This document shows, piece after piece, positions 1 to 10,657 of a stretch of 38,115 nt of DNA. The stretch covers positions 1 to 38,115 of the forward strand of contig CAZKQE010000001.1 of the NCBI GenBank assembly GCA_964554725.1. The letters run 5' to 3'. Each line of letters opens with the position of its first letter. The stretch's first letter is position 1. Both the position numbers and the translations under genes were made by a program. A model generated the notes under the pieces. That model worked only from the letters and a program-made list of their open reading frames with translations, did not search any database and was not told the DNA's origin. This stretch comes from an uncultured bacterium (GTDB lineage: Bacteria > Eisenbacteria > RBG-16-71-46).

Positions 1-464
1 ACGACCCGTTCGCGATGCTGCCGTTCTGCGGCTACCACATGGGCGACTACTTCGCCCACTGGCTGCGGATGGGCGCGGGCGCGGACGCGAAGAAGCTGCC
101 GCGCATGTTCCACGTCAACTGGTTCCGCAAGGACGACGCGGGGCGGTTCCTGTGGCCCGGCTACGGCGAGAACAGCCGCGTCCTCAAGTGGGTGTTCGAG
201 CGGGTCACCGGCACCGGCCAGGCGGTGGACACGGCGATCGGCCGCCTGCCCGCGCCCGGGGCGCTCGACACCTCCGGCCTGGGGATCGCCGACGCCGCGC
301 TGGCGGAGCTGCTCAAGGTGGATGTCGAGGGCTGGCTCGCCGACCTGCCGCCCATCCGGACCCACTTCGACCGGTTCGGCGACCGGCTGCCGCCGGGCCT
401 GCGCGACGAGCTGGCGGCGCTCGAGAAGCGGCTCCAGACCGCCGCGGTCGGGGCGGGGCGCTAG
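1..464 (+). CDS. pckG: Phosphoenolpyruvate carboxykinase (GTP), C-terminal fragment (5' end outside window)
   Basis: The frame is open from the window edge. The translation DPFAMLPFCGYHMGDYFAHWL...FHVNWFRKD..GRFLWPGYGENSRVLKWVFERV matches the conserved C-terminal region of GTP-dependent PEPCK. Stop TAG is at 462-464. Confidence 0.9.
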   Translation, partial: DPFAMLPFCGYHMGDYFAHWLRMGAGADAKKLPRMFHVNWFRKDDAGRFLWPGYGENSRVLKWVFERVTGTGQAVDTAIGRLPAPGALDTSGLGIADAALAELLKVDVEGWLADLPPIRTHFDRFGDRLPPGLRDELAALEKRLQTAAVGAGR

Positions 465-514
465 CGGCCGCGAGAACGGCGCGACCGGGGCGCGCGGCGG
501 CGCATCGAAGGGAT

Positions 515-1450
515 ATGACGCCAGCGCCCGGACTCGCTGCGAGATCGTCCCCCGCGGACCTGGTCCGCCACGTGGGTGACACGCCGTTGCTGCCGGTCGC
601 CGGGCTCGAGGGCGTGCCGGACGGGGTCACGGTGCTGGGGAAGGCCGAGTGGCTGAACCCCGGCGGTTCGGTGAAGGACCGCGCGGCGCGGGCGATCGTC
701 GCGGCGGCGGAGGCGCAGGGCGCGCTCGCGGGCGGTCGCCGGCTGCTCGACGCCACCTCGGGCAACACCGGGGTCGCCTACGCGTGGATCGGCGCCGCCC
801 GCGGGTTCGGCGTGACCCTGTGCGTGCCGGCGAACGCGCGCCCCGCCCGCCGCCATGCGCTGGCGGCGCTGGGGGCCGAGGTGCGGCTCACCGACGCCAT
901 GGAGGGCACCGACGGCGCGATCCGCGAGGCGCGCCGGCTCGCGGCGGCGCGGCCGGACCTCTACTTCCACGCCGACCAGTACGCGAACCCCGCGAACTGG
1001 CGCGCGCACTACGAGGGCACGGCCGAGGAGATCTGGGCGCAGACCGGAGGCCGCGTCACCCACCTGGTCGCCGGGATCGGCACCTCGGGCACGCTGGTCG
1101 GGACCGCGCGGCGCCTGCGCGAGCGGAACCCGGAGCTGGTGGCGGTCGCGGTGCAGCCGGACTCGCCGCTCCACGCGCTCGAGGGTCTCAAGCACCTGGC
1201 GAGCGCGATCAGGCCTCCGATCTACGACCCGGAGGTCCACCAGGCGACGATCGAGGTCGCGAGCGAGGAGGCGATCGCCATGGTCCGCCGCCAGGCCCGC
1301 CGCGGGCTGCTGATGGGCTGGTCGGCCGGGGCGGCGCTGGTGGCGGCCGGGCGCGTGGCGCGCGGGCTCGCGCGCGGCGTGGTGGTGGCGATCCTGCCGG
1401 ACGGCGCCGGCAGCTACCTCGACGACCCGGCGTGGCGGGAGGACGCATGA
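515..1450 (+). CDS. cysM: Cysteine synthase, CysM-like (PLP-dependent; probably uses a thiocarboxylated carrier protein as sulfur donor)
   Basis: ATG 515 is the first start codon in this frame after the pckG stop; the upstream part of ORF 152..1450 overlaps pckG and is Arg/Gly-rich junk. Motifs present: GDTPLLPV, NPGGSVKDRAA (PLP lysine), TSGNTGVAYA, GIGTSGTL. The stop overlaps the next start (ATGA 1447-1450). Confidence 0.85.
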   Translation: MTPAPGLAARSSPADLVRHVGDTPLLPVAGLEGVPDGVTVLGKAEWLNPGGSVKDRAARAIVAAAEAQGALAGGRRLLDATSGNTGVAYAWIGAARGFGVTLCVPANARPARRHALAALGAEVRLTDAMEGTDGAIREARRLAAARPDLYFHADQYANPANWRAHYEGTAEEIWAQTGGRVTHLVAGIGTSGTLVGTARRLRERNPELVAVAVQPDSPLHALEGLKHLASAIRPPIYDPEVHQATIEVASEEAIAMVRRQARRGLLMGWSAGAALVAAGRVARGLARGVVVAILPDGAGSYLDDPAWREDA

Positions 1451-1917
1451 GCCTGGTCCTCCCGGCGGCGCTCGCCGGGCCGCTCCACGACCACCTGGTC
1501 CGCGCCTACCCCGAGGAGGGCTGCGGCGTGCTGGTGGGGCGCGACGAGGGGAGCCGTCGCGTGGTCGAGCGGGTGATCCCGGTCGAGAACGCGCGCGGCG
1601 ACTCGCGCGGCCGCCGGTACGTGATCCCGCCCGAGCGCATCCTGGTCGCCGAGCGCGAGGCGCGCGAGGCGGGCCTCGACGTGGTCGGCTTCTACCACTC
1701 GCACCCGGACCACCCGGCCCGTCCCTCGGCCTTCGACCTGGAGCACGCCTGGCCGTACTATTCGTACCTGATCGTGAGCGTGGCCGCGGGCCGCGTCGCC
1801 GAGGCGCGCGCCTGGCGCCTGGCGGCCGACCGCACGCGCTTCGAGCCCGAGCGCCTGGACGCCGCGCCGGCGCGGGAGTCGCCGGGTCGCGGCGCGGCAG
1901 CGGAGATCGGCCCATGA
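1447..1917 (+). CDS. mec: JAMM/MPN+ zinc metalloprotease (Mec-like, CysO-processing/deconjugating)
   Basis: 156 aa. The JAMM signature is complete: upstream Glu in PEEGCG plus HSHPDHPARPSAFD (HxHx7Sx2D). ATGA overlaps occur at both ends (1447-1450 and 1914-1917). Its position next to cysM and a CysO-like carrier mirrors the M. tuberculosis mec-cysO-cysM locus. Confidence 0.85.
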   Translation: MSLVLPAALAGPLHDHLVRAYPEEGCGVLVGRDEGSRRVVERVIPVENARGDSRGRRYVIPPERILVAEREAREAGLDVVGFYHSHPDHPARPSAFDLEHAWPYYSYLIVSVAAGRVAEARAWRLAADRTRFEPERLDAAPARESPGRGAAAEIGP

Positions 1918-3401
1918 CGCGACGGACGAGGATCCACATCCCGACCCCGCTGCGCCCCTACGTGGAGCGGCAGGCGGTGGTCGAGGTCGAGGGCGCGACG
2001 GTCGGCGCCGCACTGGCGGCGCTGGTCGAGCGCTACGGCGACCTGCGCCGCCACCTCTACGACGGGGAGGGCCGGCTGCGGCGCTACGTCAACGTGTACC
2101 GGAACGAGGAGGACATCCGGCACCTCGAGCGCGAGGACACACCGCTCTCCGGGGCGGACTCGATCTCGATCGTGCCCAGCATCGCCGGCGGCGCCGGGCC
2201 GGAGGCGCGCGGGCGCCCCGCGCCGCCCGACTGGGCGACCGGGGCGGACGGCCTGCCGCCGCTCTCGCAGGACGAGCTGCTCCGCTACAGCCGCCACCTG
2301 ATCCTGCCCGAGGTGCGGCTCGACGGGCAGCGGCGCCTGAAGGCGGCGAGCGTGCTGGTCGTCGGGACCGGCGGGCTCGGCTCGCCGCTCGCGCTCTACC
2401 TGGCGGCGGCGGGGGTGGGGCGCATCGGACTCGTGGACTTCGACCGCGTGGACGCGAGCAACCTCCAGCGCCAGATCCTCTACGGCACCGCGAGCGTCGG
2501 CCGCCCCAAGCTCGAGGCCGCGCGCGAGCGGCTCGCCGACCTCAACCCCGGCGTGCGCGTGGACCTCCACGAGGCGCGGCTCGCGAGCGACAACGCGATG
2601 GAGATCCTGGAGCCGTACGACGTGGTCGTGGACGGCACCGACAACTTCCCCACGCGCTACCTGGTCAACGACGCCTGCACGCTGCTGGGCAAGCCGAACG
2701 TGTACGGCAGCATCTTCCGCTTCGAAGGGCAGGCGAGCGTGTTCGACGCGCGGGTGGGGCCCTGCTACCGCTGCCTCTATCCCGATCCGCCGCCCCCCGG
2801 CCTGGTGCCCTCGTGCGCGGAGGGCGGGGTGCTGGGCGTGCTGCCCGGGGTCATCGGCGTGATCCAGGGGGTCGAGACGCTCAAGCTGCTGCTCGGGGTG
2901 GGGGAGTCGCTGGTGGGGCGCCTGCTGCTGTTCGACGCGCTCGCGCTGTCGTTCCGCGAGCTGGCGCTGCGCAAGGACCCCGAGTGCCCGCTGTGCGGAC
3001 CCCGGCGCACGATCACCGCGCTGGTGGACTACGAGGCGTTCTGCGGGCTGACGCCGGTCGAGCAGGCGGAGGCGGACGCGCGCGGCTGGGAGATCTCCGT
3101 GCGCGAGCTGGAGCAGCGCCTGTCGGGAGCGGAGCCGCCGCTGGTCGTCGACGTGCGCGAGCCGCACGAATGGGAGATCGCCCGTCTGCCGGGCGCGACC
3201 CTGATCCCGCTGAACACGCTGCCGGCCCGGGTCGCCGAGCTCGACAGCAGCCGCGAGATCGTCCTCCACTGCCACCACGGCCAGCGCAGCATGCGCGCGC
3301 TCGAGTTCCTGCGCGGCGCGGGGTTCCGCAAGCTGAAGAACCTGCGCGGCGGCATCGACGCCTGGTCGAAGGAGGTGGACCGCGGGGTGCCGCGGTACTG
3401 A
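1914..3401 (+). CDS. Fusion protein: CysO/ThiS/MoaD-like sulfur carrier (aa 1-93, ends IAGG) + MoeB/ThiF-type E1 adenylyltransferase + C-terminal rhodanese (MoeZ-like)
   Basis: A single uninterrupted 495-codon ORF. The N-terminus RIHIPTPLRPY...RYVNVYRNEEDIRH...SISIVPSIAGG resembles the 93-aa CysO; the GG codons are at 2187-2192. A linker follows, then LSQDELLRYSRHLILPEV, the GTGGLGS nucleotide loop, SCAEGGVLG, and the Zn CxxC pairs CYRC and CPLC. The rhodanese module has the active loop CHHGQRS. No ATG or GTG lies between the GG codons and the E1 core. Confidence 0.85.
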   Translation: MTRRTRIHIPTPLRPYVERQAVVEVEGATVGAALAALVERYGDLRRHLYDGEGRLRRYVNVYRNEEDIRHLEREDTPLSGADSISIVPSIAGGAGPEARGRPAPPDWATGADGLPPLSQDELLRYSRHLILPEVRLDGQRRLKAASVLVVGTGGLGSPLALYLAAAGVGRIGLVDFDRVDASNLQRQILYGTASVGRPKLEAARERLADLNPGVRVDLHEARLASDNAMEILEPYDVVVDGTDNFPTRYLVNDACTLLGKPNVYGSIFRFEGQASVFDARVGPCYRCLYPDPPPPGLVPSCAEGGVLGVLPGVIGVIQGVETLKLLLGVGESLVGRLLLFDALALSFRELALRKDPECPLCGPRRTITALVDYEAFCGLTPVEQAEADARGWEISVRELEQRLSGAEPPLVVDVREPHEWEIARLPGATLIPLNTLPARVAELDSSREIVLHCHHGQRSMRALEFLRGAGFRKLKNLRGGIDAWSKEVDRGVPRY

Positions 3402-3408
3402 GCGGCGG

Positions 3409-3428
3409 CGCCGGGCGCCCGGCGGTTT
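3409..3428 (+). terminator. Weak terminator-like GC palindrome after the cys operon
   Basis: A perfect 16-bp palindrome CGCCGGGCGCCCGGCG (3409-3424; 6-bp stem, 4-nt loop as RNA) is followed by GTTT, 8 nt after the stop codon. The U tract is short. Confidence 0.25.
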
Positions 3429-3462
3429 GAGCCGGGTCCCGTTCGGCGTTAAGGTCCGGGTC

Positions 3463-4950
3463 ATGCCGCCGTGCCGGACCCCCACCGCGTGCTCCACCCC
3501 CCGCCGCCCCCGATCGCGCGCGGCCGCGGCGCTGCTCGTCCTGCTCCTCGCCGGCTGCGCGACGAACCCGGTCACCGGACGTCGCGAGTTCTCGCTCGTG
3601 AGCCCGCAGCAGGAGGCGCAGATCGGGCGCGAGGGCTATGCCGCGGTGCTGGCGGAGTACGGCGCCTACGAGGACTCGACGCTCCAGCGCTACGTGCGCG
3701 ACATCGGCCTGCGCCTGGCGAAGGTCTCCCACCAGCCCGGCCTCGACTGGCACTTCACGGTGATCGACGACCCGAGCGTGAACGCGTTCGCGATGCCGGG
3801 CGGGTACATCTACATCACGCGCGGGATCCTCGCCCATCTCAACTCGGAGGCGCAGCTCGCCGGGGTGCTGGGGCACGAGATCGCCCACGTCACCCACCGC
3901 CACAGCGCCGCCCAGATCTCCCAGCAGCAGCTCGCCGGGCTCGGGCTCGGGGTGGCCTCGCTCCTCTCGGAGTCGGTGGCGCGCTACGGGCAGGTGGCCC
4001 AGCAGGCGCTCGGGCTCATGTTCCTCAAGTACAGCCGCACCCACGAGCACGAGTCCGACGAGTCGGGCGTCCTCTACGCCACCCGGGCCGGCTACGATCC
4101 GGCCGAGATCCCCGCCACCTACGGGATGTTGAAGCGGGTGAGCGACCGCGCCGGGCAGCGGCTGCCCGGGTTCCTCTCCACCCACCCCGATCCCGGCGAC
4201 CGCGAGGCGCGCACCGCCGAGCTGGCGCGCGCCGCGCGCGCGGGCGCCGACGGGCTGGTGGTGCGGCGCGACGAGTTCCTGGCGCGGATCGACGGCATGG
4301 TGTTCGGCGACGACCCGCGCGGCGGCTACTTCGAGGGCGACACCTTCCACCACCCGGCGATGGCGTTCACGATCACGTTCCCGACCGGCTGGCAGCGCGA
4401 GAACACGCGCAGCGCGGTGACCGCGGCGGCGCCCGAGCAGCGGGCCGTGATGCAGCTCTCGCTCGCCGACGCCGACGACCTCTCGCCGGCGGACTACGTC
4501 ACCCGGCTGTCGGGCAGCGGGCGCATCGCCGGCGCGCGCGGGGCGCCCGAGCGGATCGGCGGCTTCGCCGCCTGGGTGGGCCGGGTCGCGGTCGCGGGGG
4601 AGGGGGGCACCCAGCGCGTGCTCGCCGCCGCCTTCCTGCGCCGCGGTCCCGGGCGGATGATCCAGATCCTCGGCAGCAGCGGCGTCCCGGACGACGCGGA
4701 CTTCCAGCAGGTGCTGGCCGCCGCCCGCTCGTTCCGCGCGCTCACCGACGCGGCGCGCCTGGCGCCCGTCCCCTCGCGCCTGCGCGTGAGCCGGCTCGCC
4801 GCCGCGGCGCCGTTCGCGAGCGCGCTGGCGGGCCTCGGGCCGCAGGCGCTCGACGCGGAGCGGACGGCGATCCTCAACCATCGCGCGGTGGACGAGCGCC
4901 TGCCGGCGGGGACGCCGGTGAAGACCGTGACGCCGGCCCGGACCCACTGA
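3463..4950 (+). CDS. M48-family zinc metallopeptidase, lipoprotein (BepA/LoiP-like)
   Basis: ATG 3463 is preferred over the TTG at 3427. The signal peptide ends in the lipobox LLAGC. AFAMPGGYIYITRG and the zinc motif HEIAHVTHRH (HExxH) are typical of M48 peptidases. A C-terminal domain of about 250 aa has unknown function. Confidence 0.8.
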   Translation: MPPCRTPTACSTPRRPRSRAAAALLVLLLAGCATNPVTGRREFSLVSPQQEAQIGREGYAAVLAEYGAYEDSTLQRYVRDIGLRLAKVSHQPGLDWHFTVIDDPSVNAFAMPGGYIYITRGILAHLNSEAQLAGVLGHEIAHVTHRHSAAQISQQQLAGLGLGVASLLSESVARYGQVAQQALGLMFLKYSRTHEHESDESGVLYATRAGYDPAEIPATYGMLKRVSDRAGQRLPGFLSTHPDPGDREARTAELARAARAGADGLVVRRDEFLARIDGMVFGDDPRGGYFEGDTFHHPAMAFTITFPTGWQRENTRSAVTAAAPEQRAVMQLSLADADDLSPADYVTRLSGSGRIAGARGAPERIGGFAAWVGRVAVAGEGGTQRVLAAAFLRRGPGRMIQILGSSGVPDDADFQQVLAAARSFRALTDAARLAPVPSRLRVSRLAAAAPFASALAGLGPQALDAERTAILNHRAVDERLPAGTPVKTVTPARTH

Positions 4951-5061
4951 GCGATGGGCGCCCGCCGCTCGCCCCGGGCCGCCCGCGCGGCGACCCGCGT
5001 CCGCGTAGTGGCTTCTGCCCGTGGCCGTTCGCCGCACTATGTGCCGGGATTCACAACCGAT

Positions 5062-5090
5062 TTGACAGTCCCCGGACGGCGGCGTAGTTT
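5062..5090 (+). promoter_or_regulatory. Sigma70-like promoter candidate for the act operon
   Basis: TTGACA (5062-5067), a 17-nt spacer, then TAGTTT (5085-5090), all inside one of the very few AT-richer patches of the window. The -10 element ends 15 nt before the actA ATG, and no Shine-Dalgarno sequence lies in between. Confidence 0.4.
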
Positions 5091-5105
5091 GCGCCCGTCC
5101 GCGCC

Positions 5106-5636
5106 ATGAAACGATCCCTCGCCCTCATCCTCAGCGCCGTCGTCCTGGCGGCAGCCACGGTCGCTCTGACGCAGACGACCCCGGCGCCGGTCTATGGCGT
5201 GAAGGGGCCCGCCCAGCCGATCGCGTTCAGCCACGAGATCCATGCCGGCAAGCTCGGGATGGACTGCCTCTACTGCCACAGCAGCGCCGAGAAGTCCCAG
5301 ACCGCGAACCTCCCCGCGGTGAGCACCTGCATGGGCTGCCACAAGATCGCGCGCGCGGACCAGCCGGAGATCCAGAAGCTGGCCGGGTACGCGGAGCGCG
5401 GCGAGCCGGTGCCGTGGGTCGAGGTCTACGCGCTGCCGGCGCACGTCAAGTTCAACCACAAGCGGCACGTCAAGGCCGGGATCAAGTGCCAGGACTGCCA
5501 CGGCGCGGTGGAGAAGATGACGGTCGTCCACCAGGTGCCGTCGCTCAAGATGGGCTGGTGCGTCACCTGCCATCGCCAGAACCTCGACCACCCGAAGTTC
5601 CCGGCCAGCATGGACTGCCTGGTCTGCCACCACTAG
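5106..5636 (+). CDS. actA: Alternative Complex III subunit ActA, pentahaem cytochrome c
   Basis: 176 aa with an N-terminal signal/anchor. Five CxxCH motifs are present (CLYCH, CMGCH, CQDCH, CVTCH, CLVCH). It is the first gene of an actABCDEF-ordered cluster. Confidence 0.9.
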   Translation: MKRSLALILSAVVLAAATVALTQTTPAPVYGVKGPAQPIAFSHEIHAGKLGMDCLYCHSSAEKSQTANLPAVSTCMGCHKIARADQPEIQKLAGYAERGEPVPWVEVYALPAHVKFNHKRHVKAGIKCQDCHGAVEKMTVVHQVPSLKMGWCVTCHRQNLDHPKFPASMDCLVCHH

Positions 5637-5644
5637 GGGCGCGC

Positions 5645-8600
5645 GTGTCTGATCCCGTCGTCTTCAACCGTCGTGACTTCCTGAGGCTGGTCGGCATCGG
5701 CGTGGCCGGGACCGCCGCCGGCTGCGCGACCCCGCAGGCCGACCGGCTGATCCCGTACCTGGTCGCCCCCAACGACATCATGCCCGGCGTCGCCTACTGG
5801 TACGCGAGCACCTGTCGCGAGTGCCCGGCGGGGTGCGGCACGCTGGTCAAGGCGCGCGAGGGCCGGGCGATCAAGATCGAGGGCAACCCCGAGCACCCGG
5901 TGAACCAGGGCGGCCTGTGCGCGCGCGGACAGGCGGGCCTGCAGGGCCTCTACGACCCCGACCGCCTGCGCACTCCGATGGTGAAGGACGGCGGGGCGTG
6001 GAAGGCGATCTCCTGGGACGAGGGGCTGGCGCTGGCCGCCGGCAAGCTGGGCGAGGCGCAGCGGGCGCGGCGCGGGGTGGCACTGATCACCGACCACGTC
6101 ACCGGGTCGCTCCACCGGCTGGCGGCCGAGTGGGCCGCCGCCGCCTCCGCCACCCACCTGGTCTACGAGCCGTTCGCCCACGAGAGCCTGCGCGAGGCGA
6201 ACCGGCGCACCTTCGACCGGGCGACCGTGCCGGCGTTCGACTTCGCCCGCGCCCGCTGCCTGATCTCGTTCGGCGCCGACTTCCTCGAGACCTGGCTGTC
6301 GCCGGTCGGGCACGCGCGGGGCTTCGCCGCGATGCGCGCCCGTCGCGACGGATCGGGCCGCTTCGTCTCGGTCGAGCCGCGGCTGTCGCTCACCGGCGCC
6401 AACGCCGACGAGTGGGTGGCGATCCGGCCCGGGACCGAGGCGGTCCTCGCGCTCGGCATGGCGCGCGTCATCCTGAGCGACGGACTGGGGCCGGCGGTCG
6501 CGGAGCGCGGGCGCCTGCTCGAGACGGTCGCGCCCTACACCCCGGAGGCGGTGGAGCGCGACACCGAGGTGCCGGCGGCGACCGTCGAGCGGCTGGCGAG
6601 GATGTTCGCCGCCGACCGTCCGAGCCTGGCGGTCGCGGGCGGCATCGCCGCCCAGAGCGAGCAGTCGGTGGCGCTCCACGCCGCGGTCAACCTGCTGAAC
6701 TACGCCACCGGGAACGTGGGCGAGACCGTGCGGTTCGACCGCACGCCCGACTTCGACGCGGTGGGGTCGTTCGCCGACCTGCAGCGGGTCATCGCCGACC
6801 TGTCGGCGGGCCGGGTGGACGTGCTGGTCGTGCACGGCGCGAACCCCGTCTACGCGACGCCGCCGTGGGCGGGATTCGCGGCGGCGATGGAGAAGGTGCC
6901 GTTCAAGCTCTCGCTCTCGGGCGTGCTGGACGAGACCAGCGATCACTGCGACCTGATCCTCCCTTCGACCCATCCGCTCGAGACCCTCGGCGACGCCGAG
7001 CCCGCGCGCGGCGTCCTCGCGATCGTCCAGCCGGCGATGCAGAAGGTGCCGCTGTTCGACGCGCGCCCGACCGGGGACACGCTGCTCGCGCTCGCGCAGG
7101 GCGCCGGCTTCGGCGAGCGCCTCCCCGCCGACTGGGCGACCTATCTGCGGGACCGCTGGCGGCCGCTCCACCAGCGCTTCGGCGCCGGCCGCGACTTCGA
7201 CACGTTCTGGAACGAGACCCTGAAGACGGGCGGGATCTGGGAGACGGTCGCCTCGCCCGCGGTCCGCTGGGTGGGCGCCCCCGCCTTCGCCGTCCCCGAG
7301 CTGAAGGGCGCCGGCGACCTGACGCTGCTCGTCTACCCGTCGAGCACGATGTACGACGGCCGCGGCGCCAACAAGTCATGGCTCCAGGAGCTGCCCGACC
7401 CGACCAGCAAGGCGGTGTGGGGGAGCTGGGCCGAGATCCATCCGGAGACCGCGGCGAAGCTCGGCGTGCGCAACGGCGACCCGGTGCGGGTGGAGACCGG
7501 CGCCGGCCGCCTCGAGCTGCCGGCCTATCTCTACGCCGGCCTGCGCAAGGACGTCGTCGCCATCCCGCTCGGGCAGGGTCACACCGCCTACGGCCGCACC
7601 GCGGCCGGCCGCGGCGTGAACGCCGCCGCCCTGCTGGTCGAGGCGCAGGACGCCGCCTCCGGCGCGGTGGCGTACCTGAGCGCGCGCGCCACGGTGACCC
7701 GCGCCGCCTCCGCCGGCACCCTGGTGATGACCCAGCCGGAGAAGCGGCAGCACGAGCGCGGGTTCGCGCAGGTGATCCCGCTCGCCGCCCTGCTCGGCAC
7801 GACCGGGTCGGGTCACGCCGCCCCGGGCGCCCACGGCGGCGCCGCCGCGCACCGCGAGGTGCACCCGTCGCAGACCCGGCCCGGCCGCCACACGACGCCG
7901 CTCCAGCGCGACCCGGACGCGAAGACGCCCGCGCACGCGATCACCGCCTACCAGCCCGAGCACCCGGCGCGCGGCCCGCGCAACATCCCGATCTCGTCCG
8001 GGAGCTACGCCCGCGCCGAGCATCGCTGGGCGATGGCGATCGACCTCGACTCGTGCACCGGCTGCAGCGCGTGCATCGTCGCCTGCAGCGCCGAGAACAA
8101 CGTGCCGACCGTGGGCCCGGAGCTCATCAAGCGCGGGCGCGAGATGCTGTGGATCCGGGTCAACCGGGTCGAGGAGCACCTGGCGCCGGGCGCCAGCGAC
8201 GTGCGCTTCGTGCCGATGATGTGCCAGCACTGCGGCGACGCCCCGTGCGAGACCGTGTGCCCGGTGTACGCGACCTATCACAATCCCGAGGGGCTCAACG
8301 CCCAGGTCTACAACCGCTGCGTCGGCACGCGATACTGCTCGAACAACTGTCCGTACAAGGTGCGCGCGTTCAACTTCTTCGACTACGCCGCGCCCGAGAA
8401 GCCGACCTTCGCGTTCCCCGAGCCGCTGAACTGGCAGCTGAACCCGGACGTGACGGTGCGGAACAAGGGCGTCATGGAGAAGTGCACGATGTGCGTCCAG
8501 CGCATCCTCGAGGGCAAGGGGATCGCCAAGGACGAAGAGCGCAAGCCCCGGGACGGTGAGATCCAGACCGCCTGCGCCCAGTCGTGCCCGACCCGGGCGA

Positions 8601-8756
8601 TCGTGTTCGGCGACCTCGCCGACCCCGAGAGCGCCGTGCACAAGGCGTCCCACGGCGAGCGGCGGTACTGGGCGCTCAACGAGCTGAACACCAAGCCCGG
8701 CGTCACCTACCTGCAGCGGATCCGGCGCGGGACCGGCGCCGTCGAGGAGCAGCCGC

Positions 8757-8764
<8 letters not shown>
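5645..8764 (+). CDS. actB: Alternative Complex III subunit ActB (fused B1 molybdopterin-oxidoreductase-like domain + B2 4-cluster ferredoxin domain)
   Basis: GTG start at 5645, 5 nt after AGGGG. The Tat signal is NRRDFLRLVGIG. The N-terminal CRECPAGCG...CARG is a MopB-type FeS motif. The C-terminal Cys clusters are CTGCSACIVAC, CQHCGDAPCETVCP and CVGTRYCSNNCPY. The upstream part of ORF 5414..8764 overlaps actA and is discarded. Confidence 0.9.
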
Positions 8765-10093
<1,329 letters not shown>

Positions 10094-10097
<4 letters not shown>

Positions 10098-10657
10098 AGC
10101 TCCCGAAGCCGCTCCTCGACCTGGTGGACGCGATCAACGCCGGCCCGCGGATGAAGTACCGCGGCGTGATGGGCGTGTTCTACTACGTGGACGACGTCGC
10201 CGAGACGGTGCGCACGCTGCGCCAGAGCGGCCACCGGGACCTGCGGGTGTTCTCCCCGGTGCCCCATCACGACATCGAGCGCGCGCTCGAACAGGGGCCG
10301 TCGATCGTGCGCTGGGTCACCCTCGGCGGCGCCCTGCTCGGCGTCACCGGCGGGCTCTCGCTGTGCTTCTACTCGGTCTACTCGTGGCCGCTGGTGGTCG
10401 GCGGCAAGGAGCTGTTCTCGCTGCCGCCGTTCGTCGTCATCGGCTACGAGTCCATGATCCTGCTCGGTTCGCTCGCGAACCTGTTCGGCATGCTGGCGCT
10501 GGCGCGGCTGCCGGAGCTCCGCACCTCCGCGCCGCCCGACCCGCGCTTCACCGAGGACCGCATCGGCGTGTGGGTGCCGTGCGAGGGCGAGGCCGCCGCG
10601 CGCGTGCAGGAGCTGCTGCGCGGGCACGGCGCCGAGGAGGTCACCCTCCATGCTTAG
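10094..10657 (+). CDS. actD: Alternative Complex III subunit ActD (DUF3341-like, two TM helices)
   Basis: The start ATG 10094 overlaps the actC stop (ATGA). Sequence MKLPKP...YRGVMGVFYYVDDVAETVRTLRQSGH... has a soluble N-domain followed by two hydrophobic helices. Its position between actC and actE fits ActD. Confidence 0.8.

Noticed and set aside
152-514. N-terminal extensions of track ORFs (152..514, 649..1446, 5414..5644, 8843..10093, 10961..11191, 12629..12718, 14989..16218, 28427..28609, 31654..32904, 36267..36731)
   Set aside because: The extensions overlap the preceding real gene or the tRNA and are compositionally junk. In each case a start codon sits on an ATGA/GTGA overlap or behind a Shine-Dalgarno sequence, and it begins exactly where the homologous or signal-peptide sequence begins.
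3427-3462. TTG start for the M48 peptidase
   Set aside because: ATG 3463 gives a compact signal peptide ending in the lipobox LLAGC. The 12 extra residues from the TTG add nothing recognisable. This is not excluded, merely less likely.
461-5037. Series of long minus-strand ORFs (461..1939, 1758..3575, 3013..5037) opposite the cys operon and M48 gene
   Set aside because: All are Arg/Pro/Gly-rich without motifs, and each overlaps a + strand gene with strong family signatures. They are antisense artefacts. The same applies to 5633..7171, 7376..9007, 8703..10091, 11174..12406, 12449..14062, 13786..15621, 14780..16156, 25094..27001 and 28634..31591.
5821-8559. Same-strand alternative-frame ORFs (5821..8559, 20901..24905, 26581..28392, 28393..30543, 33345..35996, 11365..13467)
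   Set aside because: These are frame-shifted readings of real genes. Their translations are dominated by Arg, Gly, Pro and Ala runs. There is no independent start context and no motifs.
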